From an uncultured bacterium (GTDB lineage: Bacteria > UBA8481): a stretch of DNA of 64,000 bases. The number at the start of each line of letters is the position of its first letter. Within the stretch, counting starts at the first letter, position 1. Location: the NCBI GenBank assembly GCA_964499705.1, contig CAZCME010000019.1:1-64000 (forward strand), given 5' to 3'. The notes under the pieces were generated by a model, which made no database searches, was not told the DNA's origin, and saw only the letters and a list, made by a program, of their open reading frames with translations. Of this stretch, positions 50,308 to 60,186 are shown piece after piece. A program made the position numbers and the translations under genes.

Positions 50308-50997
50308 CTACTGGATCCACGTCCGAAGAAGTTTGGCGTCGGTGATGATCAGGGATTGATGGGCATAATCGATACTGCCCTCCTTCCTGAAGACGGAGAT
50401 GATCCTCGTGATGGTCTCGCGATTGGTGCCCATCAGCTCCGCAAGGTCGCTCTGCGTCAGCCGCATGTTGATCCGGATGGCGCCTCCGGCCCCGGCCTCG
50501 CCGAACTTTTCCGAGAGGTCGAAGATCTTCGCGGCGAGGCGCGCCTCGAGATTCCGGAATATGAGTCCCTCGATCATGCGGTTGGCCTCGTACAGCTTGA
50601 CCGCCATCGCCTTCAGGATATTGCGTGCGATCTCCGGGTACTGCCGGAAGACCTCGAGAAAGCGTTCGTCATCGATGACGAGAAGCTTGGTCTCGTCCAC
50701 CGCGCGCGCGGCGGCCGTGCGGTTGAATTCGCTCACGACGGCAATCTCCCCGAAGCAATCGCCCGGCCCGAGGATCGCGAGCACGTTTCGTCGGCGGGAT
50801 GCATTGTCGGTATGCTCGATGCGGACATGGCCGGAAAGGATGAGATAGAGAGAGTGGCCGGTCTGGCCCTCCTCGAAGATCGCTCCGCCGCGAGCGTGAT
50901 GCTCGGGAGTGAAAAATCCGGCGAGGATACGAAGCTGAGAGGGCTTCAAACCCTCGAACATTCGAATGCGTTTCAACCGCTCCTGAAGTCGTTTCAT
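50308..50997 (-). CDS. Crp/Fnr-family transcriptional regulator
   Basis: CNB domain (GDCFGEIAVV..RTAAARA) and HTH LTQSDLAELMGTNRETITR. Confidence 0.93.
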   Translation of the reverse strand: MKRLQERLKRIRMFEGLKPSQLRILAGFFTPEHHARGGAIFEEGQTGHSLYLILSGHVRIEHTDNASRRRNVLAILGPGDCFGEIAVVSEFNRTAAARAVDETKLLVIDDERFLEVFRQYPEIARNILKAMAVKLYEANRMIEGLIFRNLEARLAAKIFDLSEKFGEAGAGGAIRINMRLTQSDLAELMGTNRETITRIISVFRKEGSIDYAHQSLIITDAKLLRTWIQ

Positions 50998-51094
50998 GCC
51001 GCTCCCTGTTTCGCTCTTGCGTTCGTATCGCGTGATTGGAATGTAACCGCGTGAATACGGGCTGTCAACGACGCGCGTCCGCGAGCGGCGCGCA

Positions 51095-52906
51095 TCAGGA
51101 CGGTTCTTCTTCCGGCGTGACCAGGAATTCGAAATCCACCGCCTGGTCGCGCACCATGATGGACACCGGCAGAATATATTCCGCCATGGATTCCTCGTCG
51201 GCATAGGTCACATTCCAGGCGGAAAAATAGACAGTCGCTCCGGAGGGTGACTGAATGACATTTCCGGAGAGGGACCATGTGAAGGGGAAGGATTCGTGCG
51301 CCCACTTGTACGTGAAGCTCTGGCCGACGGACAAGTTCCAGGGAGATTCCGGAGCATCGAGGAATTCGATCGTGATCGGATCGTTCGCCGCGAAAGTTCC
51401 TTCCAGTTCGATCGTGAGCGCGGCGAGATCGGCGGAGAGTTGATGATTCGTGGTCAGTACCAATCTGGGCGATTTGACAGCCAACGGCACGATCTTGACT
51501 GGTTCGGTCTTGACCGGTTCAGTCGTCACCGGTGCGGCGGTTACCGGTGTCGACGTTGCGGATGCGGGTGGCGCCGGGTCGGGCGGTTTAATCTCAGGCG
51601 GAGGAGTGATGCGAAACGTCGCGGTCTTGTCGAAAATCTTCACCGTGTAGAGATCCGGGGCCGTGCCGCCCGGCACGGTGATGGCGGTGAGAACTTTTCC
51701 TTCATCGGCCGATATCGTCCAAGGTCCGATCGTCGGCGCCGGGGTTTTCTCGACGACGAGTTTCGTGTTTTCCAGGATCAACTTCAATTCATCCGCATAG
51801 GCGGCTTGAAGATCGCCGAAGGGATGGAGAAAAGGTCCGTCGGGCGGCCGGGAGAGTGACACAGTGATCGTGCACGGCGCGCAAGTCTCCGTAGGCGCCA
51901 GCATCAGGTCGGAATACACGAGCTGCTTCGGAGCCGCAACTGCGATTTCGGCCGTGGCCGGCGAGGTCCGCGGAATTTCAAGAGGAGGATCAACCTTGAT
52001 CGCGCACGAAAGCGGCCATGTTCTGTTTCCTTCGGCAAGGACGAACTCCAGGGAGTATGAACCCGCGGGAGCGGAACCGGGAATCGCGATGTTGAAACGC
52101 GCGCCTTCCATTCGATCGACTCGTGCTCCTTCCGGCAGCGAATAACCCTGAGGCCCGGTCACGCGGAGCGTTCCTTTGGGGATGTCCGTGGCCGCAAGGC
52201 CGGTAATCGAACCGGGTGTTCCCGCGCTGGCAATCTTGAGGTCGATCGTGATCGAGCCGCCGGGAGTGACGTTCTCCTTGTCGAGGATGCAATCCAGTTT
52301 TTCGGGAAGCGATGGCGGGGGAGGGATCGGCGGATTCGCAGGTTCGACGGACGGTTTGCCGGATTCGACCGGTAGAATGTCAGGCGGCGTCGGTTTGATC
52401 GAGGATGCCGGTGTGACCGTGCCGGAGGGAGCGGCGGGGGATTCGCGACGCATCGTCGTTTTTTGCGACGGAGAAGGGATTCCCGAGGATGATGCGATGA
52501 CGCAGGGAACGGTTGCTCCCATGACGGTGACGCGATAGCGACCGGCAGGGATGGATGACGGGATCATGAGATCGAAGGTCACTTCTTCGTGTGTCACGCG
52601 GCGGGCGTAGGCAAAGGCGAATATGTACGGGCCGCTCTCGGCGTTCAGCGCGGCCGAATAGCCGAACAATCTCCTTCCTCTGGCCTCGACGAATTTCCTG
52701 ATTGCCTCGCCCCGGGCGCGAACCGCCAGGCGCGCGCCGGCCGCCGGCTCACGTGGAGAAAGCTCGATCGTAATATTATCGATTGTCCCGCTGCTGGAAG
52801 AATCGGTATCGGCGAGGACGGGCGCGATCGAGAGGAATGCCGATGCGGCAAGCGCGCAGAGATTTCGGCGGTGGGTGTGGAGAAAAAGTGGATGATGATG
52901 CTTCAT
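51095..52906 (-). CDS. Secreted Pro-rich protein with several beta-rich (Ig-like) segments
   Basis: Signal-peptide-like N-terminus (..FLSIAPVLA), Pro-rich linkers, repeated P...P.G.Y.(V/L) motifs. Confidence 0.65.
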   Translation of the reverse strand: MKHHHPLFLHTHRRNLCALAASAFLSIAPVLADTDSSSSGTIDNITIELSPREPAAGARLAVRARGEAIRKFVEARGRRLFGYSAALNAESGPYIFAFAYARRVTHEEVTFDLMIPSSIPAGRYRVTVMGATVPCVIASSSGIPSPSQKTTMRRESPAAPSGTVTPASSIKPTPPDILPVESGKPSVEPANPPIPPPPSLPEKLDCILDKENVTPGGSITIDLKIASAGTPGSITGLAATDIPKGTLRVTGPQGYSLPEGARVDRMEGARFNIAIPGSAPAGSYSLEFVLAEGNRTWPLSCAIKVDPPLEIPRTSPATAEIAVAAPKQLVYSDLMLAPTETCAPCTITVSLSRPPDGPFLHPFGDLQAAYADELKLILENTKLVVEKTPAPTIGPWTISADEGKVLTAITVPGGTAPDLYTVKIFDKTATFRITPPPEIKPPDPAPPASATSTPVTAAPVTTEPVKTEPVKIVPLAVKSPRLVLTTNHQLSADLAALTIELEGTFAANDPITIEFLDAPESPWNLSVGQSFTYKWAHESFPFTWSLSGNVIQSPSGATVYFSAWNVTYADEESMAEYILPVSIMVRDQAVDFEFLVTPEEEPS

Positions 52907-53056
52907 ATTGTCGAGCGCACGCACCTTTCCAGATTCGCCGTAGGATTTCGATCATCCTAGATCCTCCGGAATGCACGGGTCAAGCAGGCGAATCCCGTCT
53001 GCTCGATTCGAGTCCGGTCCTGCTGGAATTCCATTATGCAATGACAAGACGAGCGG

Positions 53057-53095
53057 AAAAAAAGCGCAGGGGCACGGATGACCGTGCCCCTGCGT
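53057..53095 (-). terminator. Intrinsic terminator after the NHL/IPT genes
   Basis: GCGCAGGGGCACGG-ATGA-CCGTGCCCCTGCGT stem with an A7 tract on the + strand (U tract on the - strand). Confidence 0.85.
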
Positions 53096-53103
53096 TGCGT
53101 GAA

Positions 53104-55953
53104 TTACTGCGTGACCGTGAAGTTCCTCGTCGCGGTTCCGCCGGTTGTTGTGACGACGACCGGGCCGGTGGTGGCTCCGGCGGGCACCCGGGCATTCACC
53201 TTTGAATTGGAGATGACCGTGAAATCGGCGCGGATTCCGTTGAACGTGACTCCGGATGTCGTGCTGAGCCTTGACCCGCTGATCGCGATCGTGGTACCGA
53301 CCGGCGCGCTGTAGGGCGTGAAGTAACTGATCGACGGTGGAGAGATATAGGTGTAGGCGCTGTACTTACCGGCCGTGCCGCCCGGGGTTGTGACGCTGAT
53401 GTTCTGAGCGGTCGTGCTGTATCCGGGCGGCACCGTGAAGGAGACCGAGTTCCCGTCTTCGAAGACGGAGATGTTCGATGCCATCGTGTACCCGATATAG
53501 ACGGCGGTTGCGCCTTTCAAGTTGGCGCCATAGATCGTCGCCTGATTTCCTCCGGCCTTCGGACCTTTGTCGGGCCAGATGCTGGCGATGGTCGGCGCGG
53601 GGAGATATTCGAAGCCGCCCGCGAGCGTCGCGGAGCCTCCTCCGGTGGTCACGACGATATCCTTTGGACCGAAAGAATCGGAAGGCGGTGCGAGAACCAT
53701 GATCTCCGTCGCCGTGCCGTTGACGTACTGGACCGTCGCGTTGATTCCTCCGACCGTCGCCGTGACCGGTTGGTCGAAGTTCTGCCCTGTGATCGTGAAG
53801 ACCTGCCCGCCGCTCTGCTGACCCTGGGCGTTCGAGGCTCCGGAGATGACCGGCGCGGGCATGAAGACCGTCACCGTCACCTTGGCGAGGTAGCCGTTGA
53901 CGTCATGGAGAGCGATGATGTCCTTGCCGCCGTTGGGACCCGCCTGGTAGAAACCCGTCTGATAATTGATGGATCCGCCCGAGACGTTCTCGACCATCAT
54001 CCAGCTGCGCGCCCCCTGATCAGGCGGAATATCACGAGGGAAAATTCCTCCCTGGAAGTCGAACTGAATCGTGCCGTTCCGGTCCACCGTCGGATCGGCG
54101 GGGGAGACGACAGGAGGATCCGAGACGCGAATTTCGGTCCGCGCCGTGTGTCCTTCCGAGTCGGCGACCTCGATGATGTCCGTGATGCCGGACGTGTTGC
54201 CTGCCTTATAGACGTACTGGTAATAATACCCGCCGTACTGCGGCGGCTCGAGCGTGCCGCCGGAGCGATTGTCGGCGAAAGAAAATACGTACGGGCCTGT
54301 ATAGGTGCCCACGCCGCCCGAGGCGTTGATGTAGGTCTGCGATCCAGGATAAACGGCCGGCTGATCGGCGCGCAAATCCATCTTTGGAAAGACGATAAGC
54401 GCGATCGAGTCGGCTTCACCCCGGCCGAACTGGTTCGTCGGGCTCATGATCGGGCTTTTATCCTGCACCAGGAAGCTCTGCGGCGTCATGTCGGCCGGAT
54501 TGTGAATATTGACGACGGCCGCCGTCACGATGCCGATTCCCGGCGTCGACGTGTCGAGCTTCGACGGATGAGTCCATTCGTTCAGTTGAGAATTCCAGAC
54601 GGCGAAGTCGGTGAACGAAAAGGGCGGAATCCCCATTTTGGGATCGAGAAAGTCATTGAGCCGAACGATGGAACCGGCCTCGACGGAGGCCGACTTTCGC
54701 GAGAAGGCAAGAGGACCCTCGTAGACGGAAATTTGCGGCTTGTGATCCGGATCGAAGACGGAGAGCCGGCAATTCCGGAAAGCATCTCCGGGGCGGAGCA
54801 CGTAGAGGCTGCCGTTCGGACCCCAGGACATGCCGCCGACGCGGCCTCCTAGCGAACGCTCATCCTGCAGAGTTTCCGTGCGACCGGGTTTATCGAGCTT
54901 TCCCGTGAAGGACGAAGCGCCGAGAATCCGGTCCGCCGGCTGCCCGCTGGCGGTCGGGAAATTGTCCCAGATCATGACGCAGCCGCGACCGTTGTCGGCC
55001 ACGGCAAGACTGCCGGTGGGGCTGACGGCAACGCCCTGCACTTCGCCGCAGAGCACGGCGGCCGTGCGGTTGGCTTCTTCGTTGGCGTCGACCGTCGTCG
55101 CGAAATTCGGCTGGCCGATCACGATGTCCGGTTCCGCGTTGTCGGCGGACGGCGTGGTGTTGAAGATGAGCACCCGGTTCTGATTTTTTCCTCCGACGAC
55201 GAGCTGGCCCGCGAGCCCGAAGGCGACGCCGCGCGGGAACTTCATCTGTTTGTCGCCGGTTCCGGTGACGACGACGTCAGGATCCTGGCCGTTCACGACA
55301 TTGCCGGCGCTGATGTCGTTCCAGATGAGAATGCGGGAATTTTCACGGTCGGCGACGGCGAGCTTGGTGCCGAAGACGGCGCATTGCTCGGGATTGGCCA
55401 TGCCCCATCGATCCGCATGGCTGTTATCGTCGGTGAAGTTCTTCTGCCCGAGGACGACGTCAGCTTCCGCGTAGTCTGTGGTCGGGAACGTGTTCCAGAT
55501 GAGGACGCGATTATTATTGCGATCGACGACGATGAATTGGCCGGAGGGAGTCGTTCGGGCGTCAAAGGGATTATCGACGTCCGTCTTGTTGCCGGCTCCG
55601 TTGCCGCCCGTGGAGAGATCCGGAGCGCCGATCACCATATTGGCGTTGGGGCCGTTGGCGGTCGGGAGCGTGTTGAAGATGAGGACGCGGTTGTTGGCCC
55701 GGTCGGGGACGATGAGCTTATTGTCGGGCGTGACGAAGCAATGGCCTCCGATGAAGGTCGTCAGTACGTTGGGAGCCGCCTTGGCCGCGTCGTTGCCGAA
55801 GCCGAAACTGATGTTGACGAAATTGTCATCGCCGACGACATACTTCGCGGGATGTTCGAATTGCAGGAACGTTCCCGCCGCCCGCGTCGGGCTCGATCCA
55901 AGCGAGAGAAGAGTCAAGACCGCGATCGCGGCCGCCGTGATTCTGGATTTCAT
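53104..55953 (-). CDS. Secreted NHL-repeat beta-propeller plus IPT/TIG domain protein (paralogue A)
   Basis: Signal peptide, repeated D..NNRVLI(F/W)N..P....AD.VLGQ motifs, three C-terminal IPT domains; AAGGAGG RBS. Confidence 0.85.
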   Translation of the reverse strand: MKSRITAAAIAVLTLLSLGSSPTRAAGTFLQFEHPAKYVVGDDNFVNISFGFGNDAAKAAPNVLTTFIGGHCFVTPDNKLIVPDRANNRVLIFNTLPTANGPNANMVIGAPDLSTGGNGAGNKTDVDNPFDARTTPSGQFIVVDRNNNRVLIWNTFPTTDYAEADVVLGQKNFTDDNSHADRWGMANPEQCAVFGTKLAVADRENSRILIWNDISAGNVVNGQDPDVVVTGTGDKQMKFPRGVAFGLAGQLVVGGKNQNRVLIFNTTPSADNAEPDIVIGQPNFATTVDANEEANRTAAVLCGEVQGVAVSPTGSLAVADNGRGCVMIWDNFPTASGQPADRILGASSFTGKLDKPGRTETLQDERSLGGRVGGMSWGPNGSLYVLRPGDAFRNCRLSVFDPDHKPQISVYEGPLAFSRKSASVEAGSIVRLNDFLDPKMGIPPFSFTDFAVWNSQLNEWTHPSKLDTSTPGIGIVTAAVVNIHNPADMTPQSFLVQDKSPIMSPTNQFGRGEADSIALIVFPKMDLRADQPAVYPGSQTYINASGGVGTYTGPYVFSFADNRSGGTLEPPQYGGYYYQYVYKAGNTSGITDIIEVADSEGHTARTEIRVSDPPVVSPADPTVDRNGTIQFDFQGGIFPRDIPPDQGARSWMMVENVSGGSINYQTGFYQAGPNGGKDIIALHDVNGYLAKVTVTVFMPAPVISGASNAQGQQSGGQVFTITGQNFDQPVTATVGGINATVQYVNGTATEIMVLAPPSDSFGPKDIVVTTGGGSATLAGGFEYLPAPTIASIWPDKGPKAGGNQATIYGANLKGATAVYIGYTMASNISVFEDGNSVSFTVPPGYSTTAQNISVTTPGGTAGKYSAYTYISPPSISYFTPYSAPVGTTIAISGSRLSTTSGVTFNGIRADFTVISNSKVNARVPAGATTGPVVVTTTGGTATRNFTVTQ

Positions 55954-56037
55954 GAGATCCTCCTTGGATCGAGCTTCCTTCATCTATGAAACTTCGGGAC
56001 CGGGATCGCTCCCGGCCCCGTGAAACCTGTAACGTTG

Positions 56038-58848
56038 TTACTGCGTGACCGTGAAGTTTCTCGTCGCGGTTCCGCCGATGGTCGTGACGACGACCGGGCC
56101 GGTGGTGGCTCCGGCAGGCACCCGGGCATTCACCTTGGTATTGGAGATGACCGTGAAGTCGGCGCGGATTCCGTTGAATGTGACACCGGAAGTCGTGCTG
56201 AGCCTTGAACCGCTGATCGCGACAGTGGTGCCGACCGGCGCGCTGTAGGGCGTGAAGTAACTGATCGACGGTGGAGAGATATAGGTGTAGGCGCTGTACT
56301 TGCCGGCCGTGCCGCCCGGGGTGGTGACGCTGATGTTCTGAGCGGTCGTGCTGGATCCGGGCGGCACCGTGAAGGAAACCGAATTGCCGTCCTCGAAGAC
56401 CGTGAATCCGGAGACGAGCGTGTAGCCGATGTATACGGCCGTCGCGCCTTTGAAATTCGTTCCGTAGATCGTGGCCTGGTTGCCTCCGGCCCGGGGGCCC
56501 TGGTTCGGCCAGATACTTGCGATGGTCGGCTCGAAGAGATATTCATATCCGCCCGTGAGCGTTGCGGAACCGCCGCCGGTTGTGACGGCGATATCCTGCT
56601 TGCCGCCAACCGGGGATGCGGGCGCAAAAACGGAAATTTCCGCCTTTTCGAAGACGGACTGGACTGTCGCATTGATTCCGCCCACCGTTACCGTCAGCGG
56701 CTCATCGAAATTGCTTCCGTAGATTGTGAAGAGACTGCCTCCCGTCTGCTTGCCGGAGGCCAGGGTGGCGCTTGTGATGACAGGCGCCGGCTGGAAGACG
56801 TTCACCGTCACCTTGGCGAGGTAGCCGTTGACTTCATGTAGAGCGATGACATCTTTGCCGCCGATTGGTCCGGCCGTATAGAGGCCGTCCTGAAAACCAA
56901 TGGAGCCTCCCGTGTTGTTTTCCACCATCATCCAGCTCCTACCGTAGGCTTCAGGCGGAAACATACCGCCGGTGAAGGAGAACTGGATCGTGCCGCTCCT
57001 GTTGACCGTCGGATTGGCGGGGGAGACCGTCGGAGGCGTTCCGACCGTGACTTCCGCGCGGGCCTTGTTGCCGGCGGAATCGGTCACTTCGATGACATCC
57101 TTGCCGGGATTGTCGCCTGCCTTGTATGTCTCCTGATACGCGCTGTTGCCGTATTCGCTCGGATTGACGCTTCCTCCGGAATTATTTTCGACGATCGCGA
57201 AGCTCCACGGTCCGTAGTACGGACTCACTCCTCCGGACGCATTGACATAGCTCGACTGGCCCGGGTAGAGCGGCGACTGATCGACGCGCGCGGACAAGGG
57301 CGGGAAGACGCGGAGCTCGGCGGTGTCGACGTCGCCCCGGCTGTCCTTGACGGTGAAGAGCTGCGGCACGAAGTTGTCCGACTGGTGGATGCTCCAGAGG
57401 CCCGGAGTCACGATGCCCGTCGCCGCGTCGAACGTGGTCGGGCAATATCCCTCGGGCTGGCCGTTCGGGATCATGGCCCATGTGAAGGGGGGCATTCCCT
57501 TCGCGACCGTCAACTGGACTGGAGCTCCCGCGGGGACCAGGGCGGCCTTCGGAGAAATTTCCGGACGTCCGGCGTAGTTTGGCAGCTCCACGAAGAAGTC
57601 GGGATCGAAGACCTTGATGAATTCGCCGGATGCATTGCAGACGAGAAGTGTACCGTTGGCACCCCATTCGACACCGGACGGGCTTGACAGCGTCCGGTTA
57701 TCGTACGTCGATGGGTGCGCGGGCGTGTTGGCGTTGCCGTTCAGATCGCTGTCCCCGAGGACGCGATCCGCCGCCTGGCCTTTCGTCGTCGGAAAATTAT
57801 CCCAGATGAGGACGCGATTGTTCCCGAAGTCTCCGATCGCGAGCTGGCCGGTCGGACTGACGGCGGCGCCGCGCGGACTGTTGACTCCGGAGGGGCCGTC
57901 GGAGGCGTCCGTGCCCGCGAGGGATGTCTGACCGAGGAGCATGTCGGGAAGGATGGGAGTTCCCTCCGTGAAGGAAGTCGGGAAAGTTTTCCAGATGCAG
58001 ACGCGATGCTGGGCATGACCGCAGACGATGACTTCGCCGTTGTTGCCGACGGCGATGCCGCGCGGCGCCTGGAGCCCGCCCTGGTCCGCGGCAAGATCGA
58101 TCGTCGTCCAATCCTTTTGTCCCAGGACGATGTCGGCGTCGAGCGGTGCGGCGCCGTTGGTGAGCTTCGTGATGTCCTTCCAGATCATGATGCGATTGGC
58201 TTCGCGGTCGCAGACCACGAGATCGTTTCCATGGAAGGCGACGTCCTCGCAGTCGGAGAGCCCCCAGCGCGTCTTGTTGCCGCCGCGCGTCTTGAAATCC
58301 ATCTGACCGAGAACCAGGTCGGCCGGCTTTTTGGCGGCGACCTCTTCCTTCGTCGGAAGTTTGTTGTAAATGACGATGCGCATGTTGCCGCGGTCTCCGA
58401 TGGCAATCTGACCGTTCGGACCGACGGCGACGGCGATAGGCTCGTAGAGCCCCCACGCGCAGGGCTGGGGATTGTTGTCGGCATCGACATTTCCGCGGTG
58501 CAGAAAACGGTCGTCGAGATTATCCTGTCCAATGGCGTAGTCGGCGTTGGCGCCGTTGGTTGTCGGGATGGAATTGAAGACGACGACGCGATGGTTCTGG
58601 CGGTCGGCAACGAGGAGCTTGCCGTCGGGAGTGACGGCGAACCAGTTTCCGGATGAATTGAAGTCGAACCGGTTGGCCGAACAACCCGCGACGCCGATGC
58701 TGTTCATGTCGTCGGCTCCGATGACGATCTTCGCCGGATGCTCGGATGGGCGGAGCGTTCCAGCGGCGAAGGTCGGAGAGGTCGGGACGATCATCGCGAT
58801 CGTGAGAAGAGAGATGATGAACCATGAACTTCGACCGAGCTTCGTCAT
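56038..58848 (-). CDS. Secreted NHL-repeat plus IPT/TIG domain protein (paralogue B)
   Basis: Same architecture as paralogue A with a nearly identical C-terminus; GAGGTG RBS. Confidence 0.85.
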   Translation of the reverse strand: MTKLGRSSWFIISLLTIAMIVPTSPTFAAGTLRPSEHPAKIVIGADDMNSIGVAGCSANRFDFNSSGNWFAVTPDGKLLVADRQNHRVVVFNSIPTTNGANADYAIGQDNLDDRFLHRGNVDADNNPQPCAWGLYEPIAVAVGPNGQIAIGDRGNMRIVIYNKLPTKEEVAAKKPADLVLGQMDFKTRGGNKTRWGLSDCEDVAFHGNDLVVCDREANRIMIWKDITKLTNGAAPLDADIVLGQKDWTTIDLAADQGGLQAPRGIAVGNNGEVIVCGHAQHRVCIWKTFPTSFTEGTPILPDMLLGQTSLAGTDASDGPSGVNSPRGAAVSPTGQLAIGDFGNNRVLIWDNFPTTKGQAADRVLGDSDLNGNANTPAHPSTYDNRTLSSPSGVEWGANGTLLVCNASGEFIKVFDPDFFVELPNYAGRPEISPKAALVPAGAPVQLTVAKGMPPFTWAMIPNGQPEGYCPTTFDAATGIVTPGLWSIHQSDNFVPQLFTVKDSRGDVDTAELRVFPPLSARVDQSPLYPGQSSYVNASGGVSPYYGPWSFAIVENNSGGSVNPSEYGNSAYQETYKAGDNPGKDVIEVTDSAGNKARAEVTVGTPPTVSPANPTVNRSGTIQFSFTGGMFPPEAYGRSWMMVENNTGGSIGFQDGLYTAGPIGGKDVIALHEVNGYLAKVTVNVFQPAPVITSATLASGKQTGGSLFTIYGSNFDEPLTVTVGGINATVQSVFEKAEISVFAPASPVGGKQDIAVTTGGGSATLTGGYEYLFEPTIASIWPNQGPRAGGNQATIYGTNFKGATAVYIGYTLVSGFTVFEDGNSVSFTVPPGSSTTAQNISVTTPGGTAGKYSAYTYISPPSISYFTPYSAPVGTTVAISGSRLSTTSGVTFNGIRADFTVISNTKVNARVPAGATTGPVVVTTIGGTATRNFTVTQ

Positions 58849-58864
58849 GAAGCACCTCACAGAG

Positions 58865-58898
58865 AAAAATTCGCCATGAGTCCCGGGAGACTCATGCG
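58865..58898 (-). terminator. Terminator-like hairpin immediately upstream of the paralogue B RBS
   Basis: CATGAGTC-N6-GACTCATG stem followed on the minus strand by AATTTTTCT. Confidence 0.45.
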
Positions 58899-58956
58899 TC
58901 CAGCTATTGCTGACTCCGATCACATCTGCCGCCCGCTTGAGAACGGACGAGTCGGA

Positions 58957-59130
58957 TTGTTACAAACGTGACAAATATCTCAACGCTACAGAATGTGTCA
59001 TTTTTTACAATTCAGCCCGGTCGTCGTCGTAACTCGAAACCGCCCTGAAGCTGCTGATTACTTCGAGGTAAATGTGGATCATTGGGAAAGGAAATGCAAT
59101 GTGATTATAATTACGTATTATTAATCACAT
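58957..59130. promoter_or_regulatory. AT-rich region with several Crp/Fnr-like palindromes
   Basis: TGTTA-N6-TGACA (58958-58973), TGTGT-N6-TTACA (58994-59009) and ATGTGATTA-N14-TAATCACAT (59099-59130). Confidence 0.5.
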
Positions 59131-59163
59131 ATTCTGTTCGATTCGGATGTCCTGGTGTAGGTG

Positions 59164-60186
59164 TCAGAACGAGTAGCGTAAACCAATCCGGTGATTGTCT
59201 CCGACCTTGCCGAACGGTGTCCAGGCGTAGTCGAGTTCCAGCCCGCCGGTTCGGAATCCCGCTCCGATCGTCAAGCCGGACGCCCCCCGGTCAGTCGTCG
59301 TTCCGGGCTCGTTACTATCCACCTCGATCGATCCGTCGTATCCGGCGCGCATCGAAAACATTTCCGCAAGCGTCGCCTCCGCTCCGATGTGCCCGCTCCA
59401 GTTTTCATTGGCGATCTTCTCGATGTCCGTCGTGATGATGAACGGAGCGCGCTCGGCATTCTGTTTTCCCCACCACCATCCTTCATAGGCGGCGCCTGCT
59501 CGGAAGACGATCGGCAACCGTTCCGTTGCGACGTCGTAATTCAACTCCGTGCCGATGTTGCGGACGGATAAGCCCAGCGACAGAGGAGAGTTGTCCGCCT
59601 TCCATCTCAATCCGAGATCCACAGCGAACGCGGCCGCATCGGCGTCATCGATGGTGGAGGAATAGACTTTCGCCGTCGCGCCGTATCCCCAGCTGGCCAG
59701 TCTCGCTCCATATGCCGTGGAGACCGTGTAATCATGCCCCGTGAATGTTCCCTGGTTGGCGCCCGCGCCCGCGGATACGACCGTGCGCTGCGTGGAGCCG
59801 AAGTCGGTGTAGTTGACGAGCAGCGACCACGCGGAGTGATCGGATGTGGGCCACGCGATACCGAGCGTACCCTCACTCACGTCGAGGACGATGTCCTGAT
59901 ACAAAAATCCGATTTCACGCTGATCGGTCCATCCCAGTCCCGCAGGATTGTAATGTGTCGCCGCGATTCCCCGCGCTTCGGCGGTATAGGCATCGCCCAT
60001 CGCGGCCGCGCGCGCGGAGGGCGAAAATCTGAGTGAGATACCCGCGCTGGATCCGGCGTTGTCCTGGGAGGCCGCCGCCTTCGGCGAAAATCCCAACAAC
60101 AAAATCCCAAATCCCAATAACAACCCGAGACTTAAATGCCGACGGTGTTTTTTGGGATTGGGGATTGGGGATTTGGGATTTCTCAT
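59164..60186 (-). CDS. PorV/PorQ-family outer-membrane beta-barrel (copy 2)
   Basis: Close paralogue of 30237-31316, ends LRYSF; ATGA overlap with the upstream giant gene. Confidence 0.85.
   Translation of the reverse strand: MRNPKSPIPNPKKHRRHLSLGLLLGFGILLLGFSPKAAASQDNAGSSAGISLRFSPSARAAAMGDAYTAEARGIAATHYNPAGLGWTDQREIGFLYQDIVLDVSEGTLGIAWPTSDHSAWSLLVNYTDFGSTQRTVVSAGAGANQGTFTGHDYTVSTAYGARLASWGYGATAKVYSSTIDDADAAAFAVDLGLRWKADNSPLSLGLSVRNIGTELNYDVATERLPIVFRAGAAYEGWWWGKQNAERAPFIITTDIEKIANENWSGHIGAEATLAEMFSMRAGYDGSIEVDSNEPGTTTDRGASGLTIGAGFRTGGLELDYAWTPFGKVGDNHRIGLRYSF
60086..60184. repeat. Imperfect inverted-repeat element (AATCCCA/TGGGATT heptamers) in frame within the PorV-2 signal region
   Basis: AAATCCCAACAACAAAATCCCAAATCCCAA ... 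TTGGGATTGGGGATTGGGGATTTGGGATTT. Confidence 0.75.

Noticed and set aside
53104-56400. Diversity-generating retroelement template/variable repeat pair
   Set aside because: Both copies are coding 3' ends of paralogues, the differences are not adenine-specific, and no reverse transcriptase is present.
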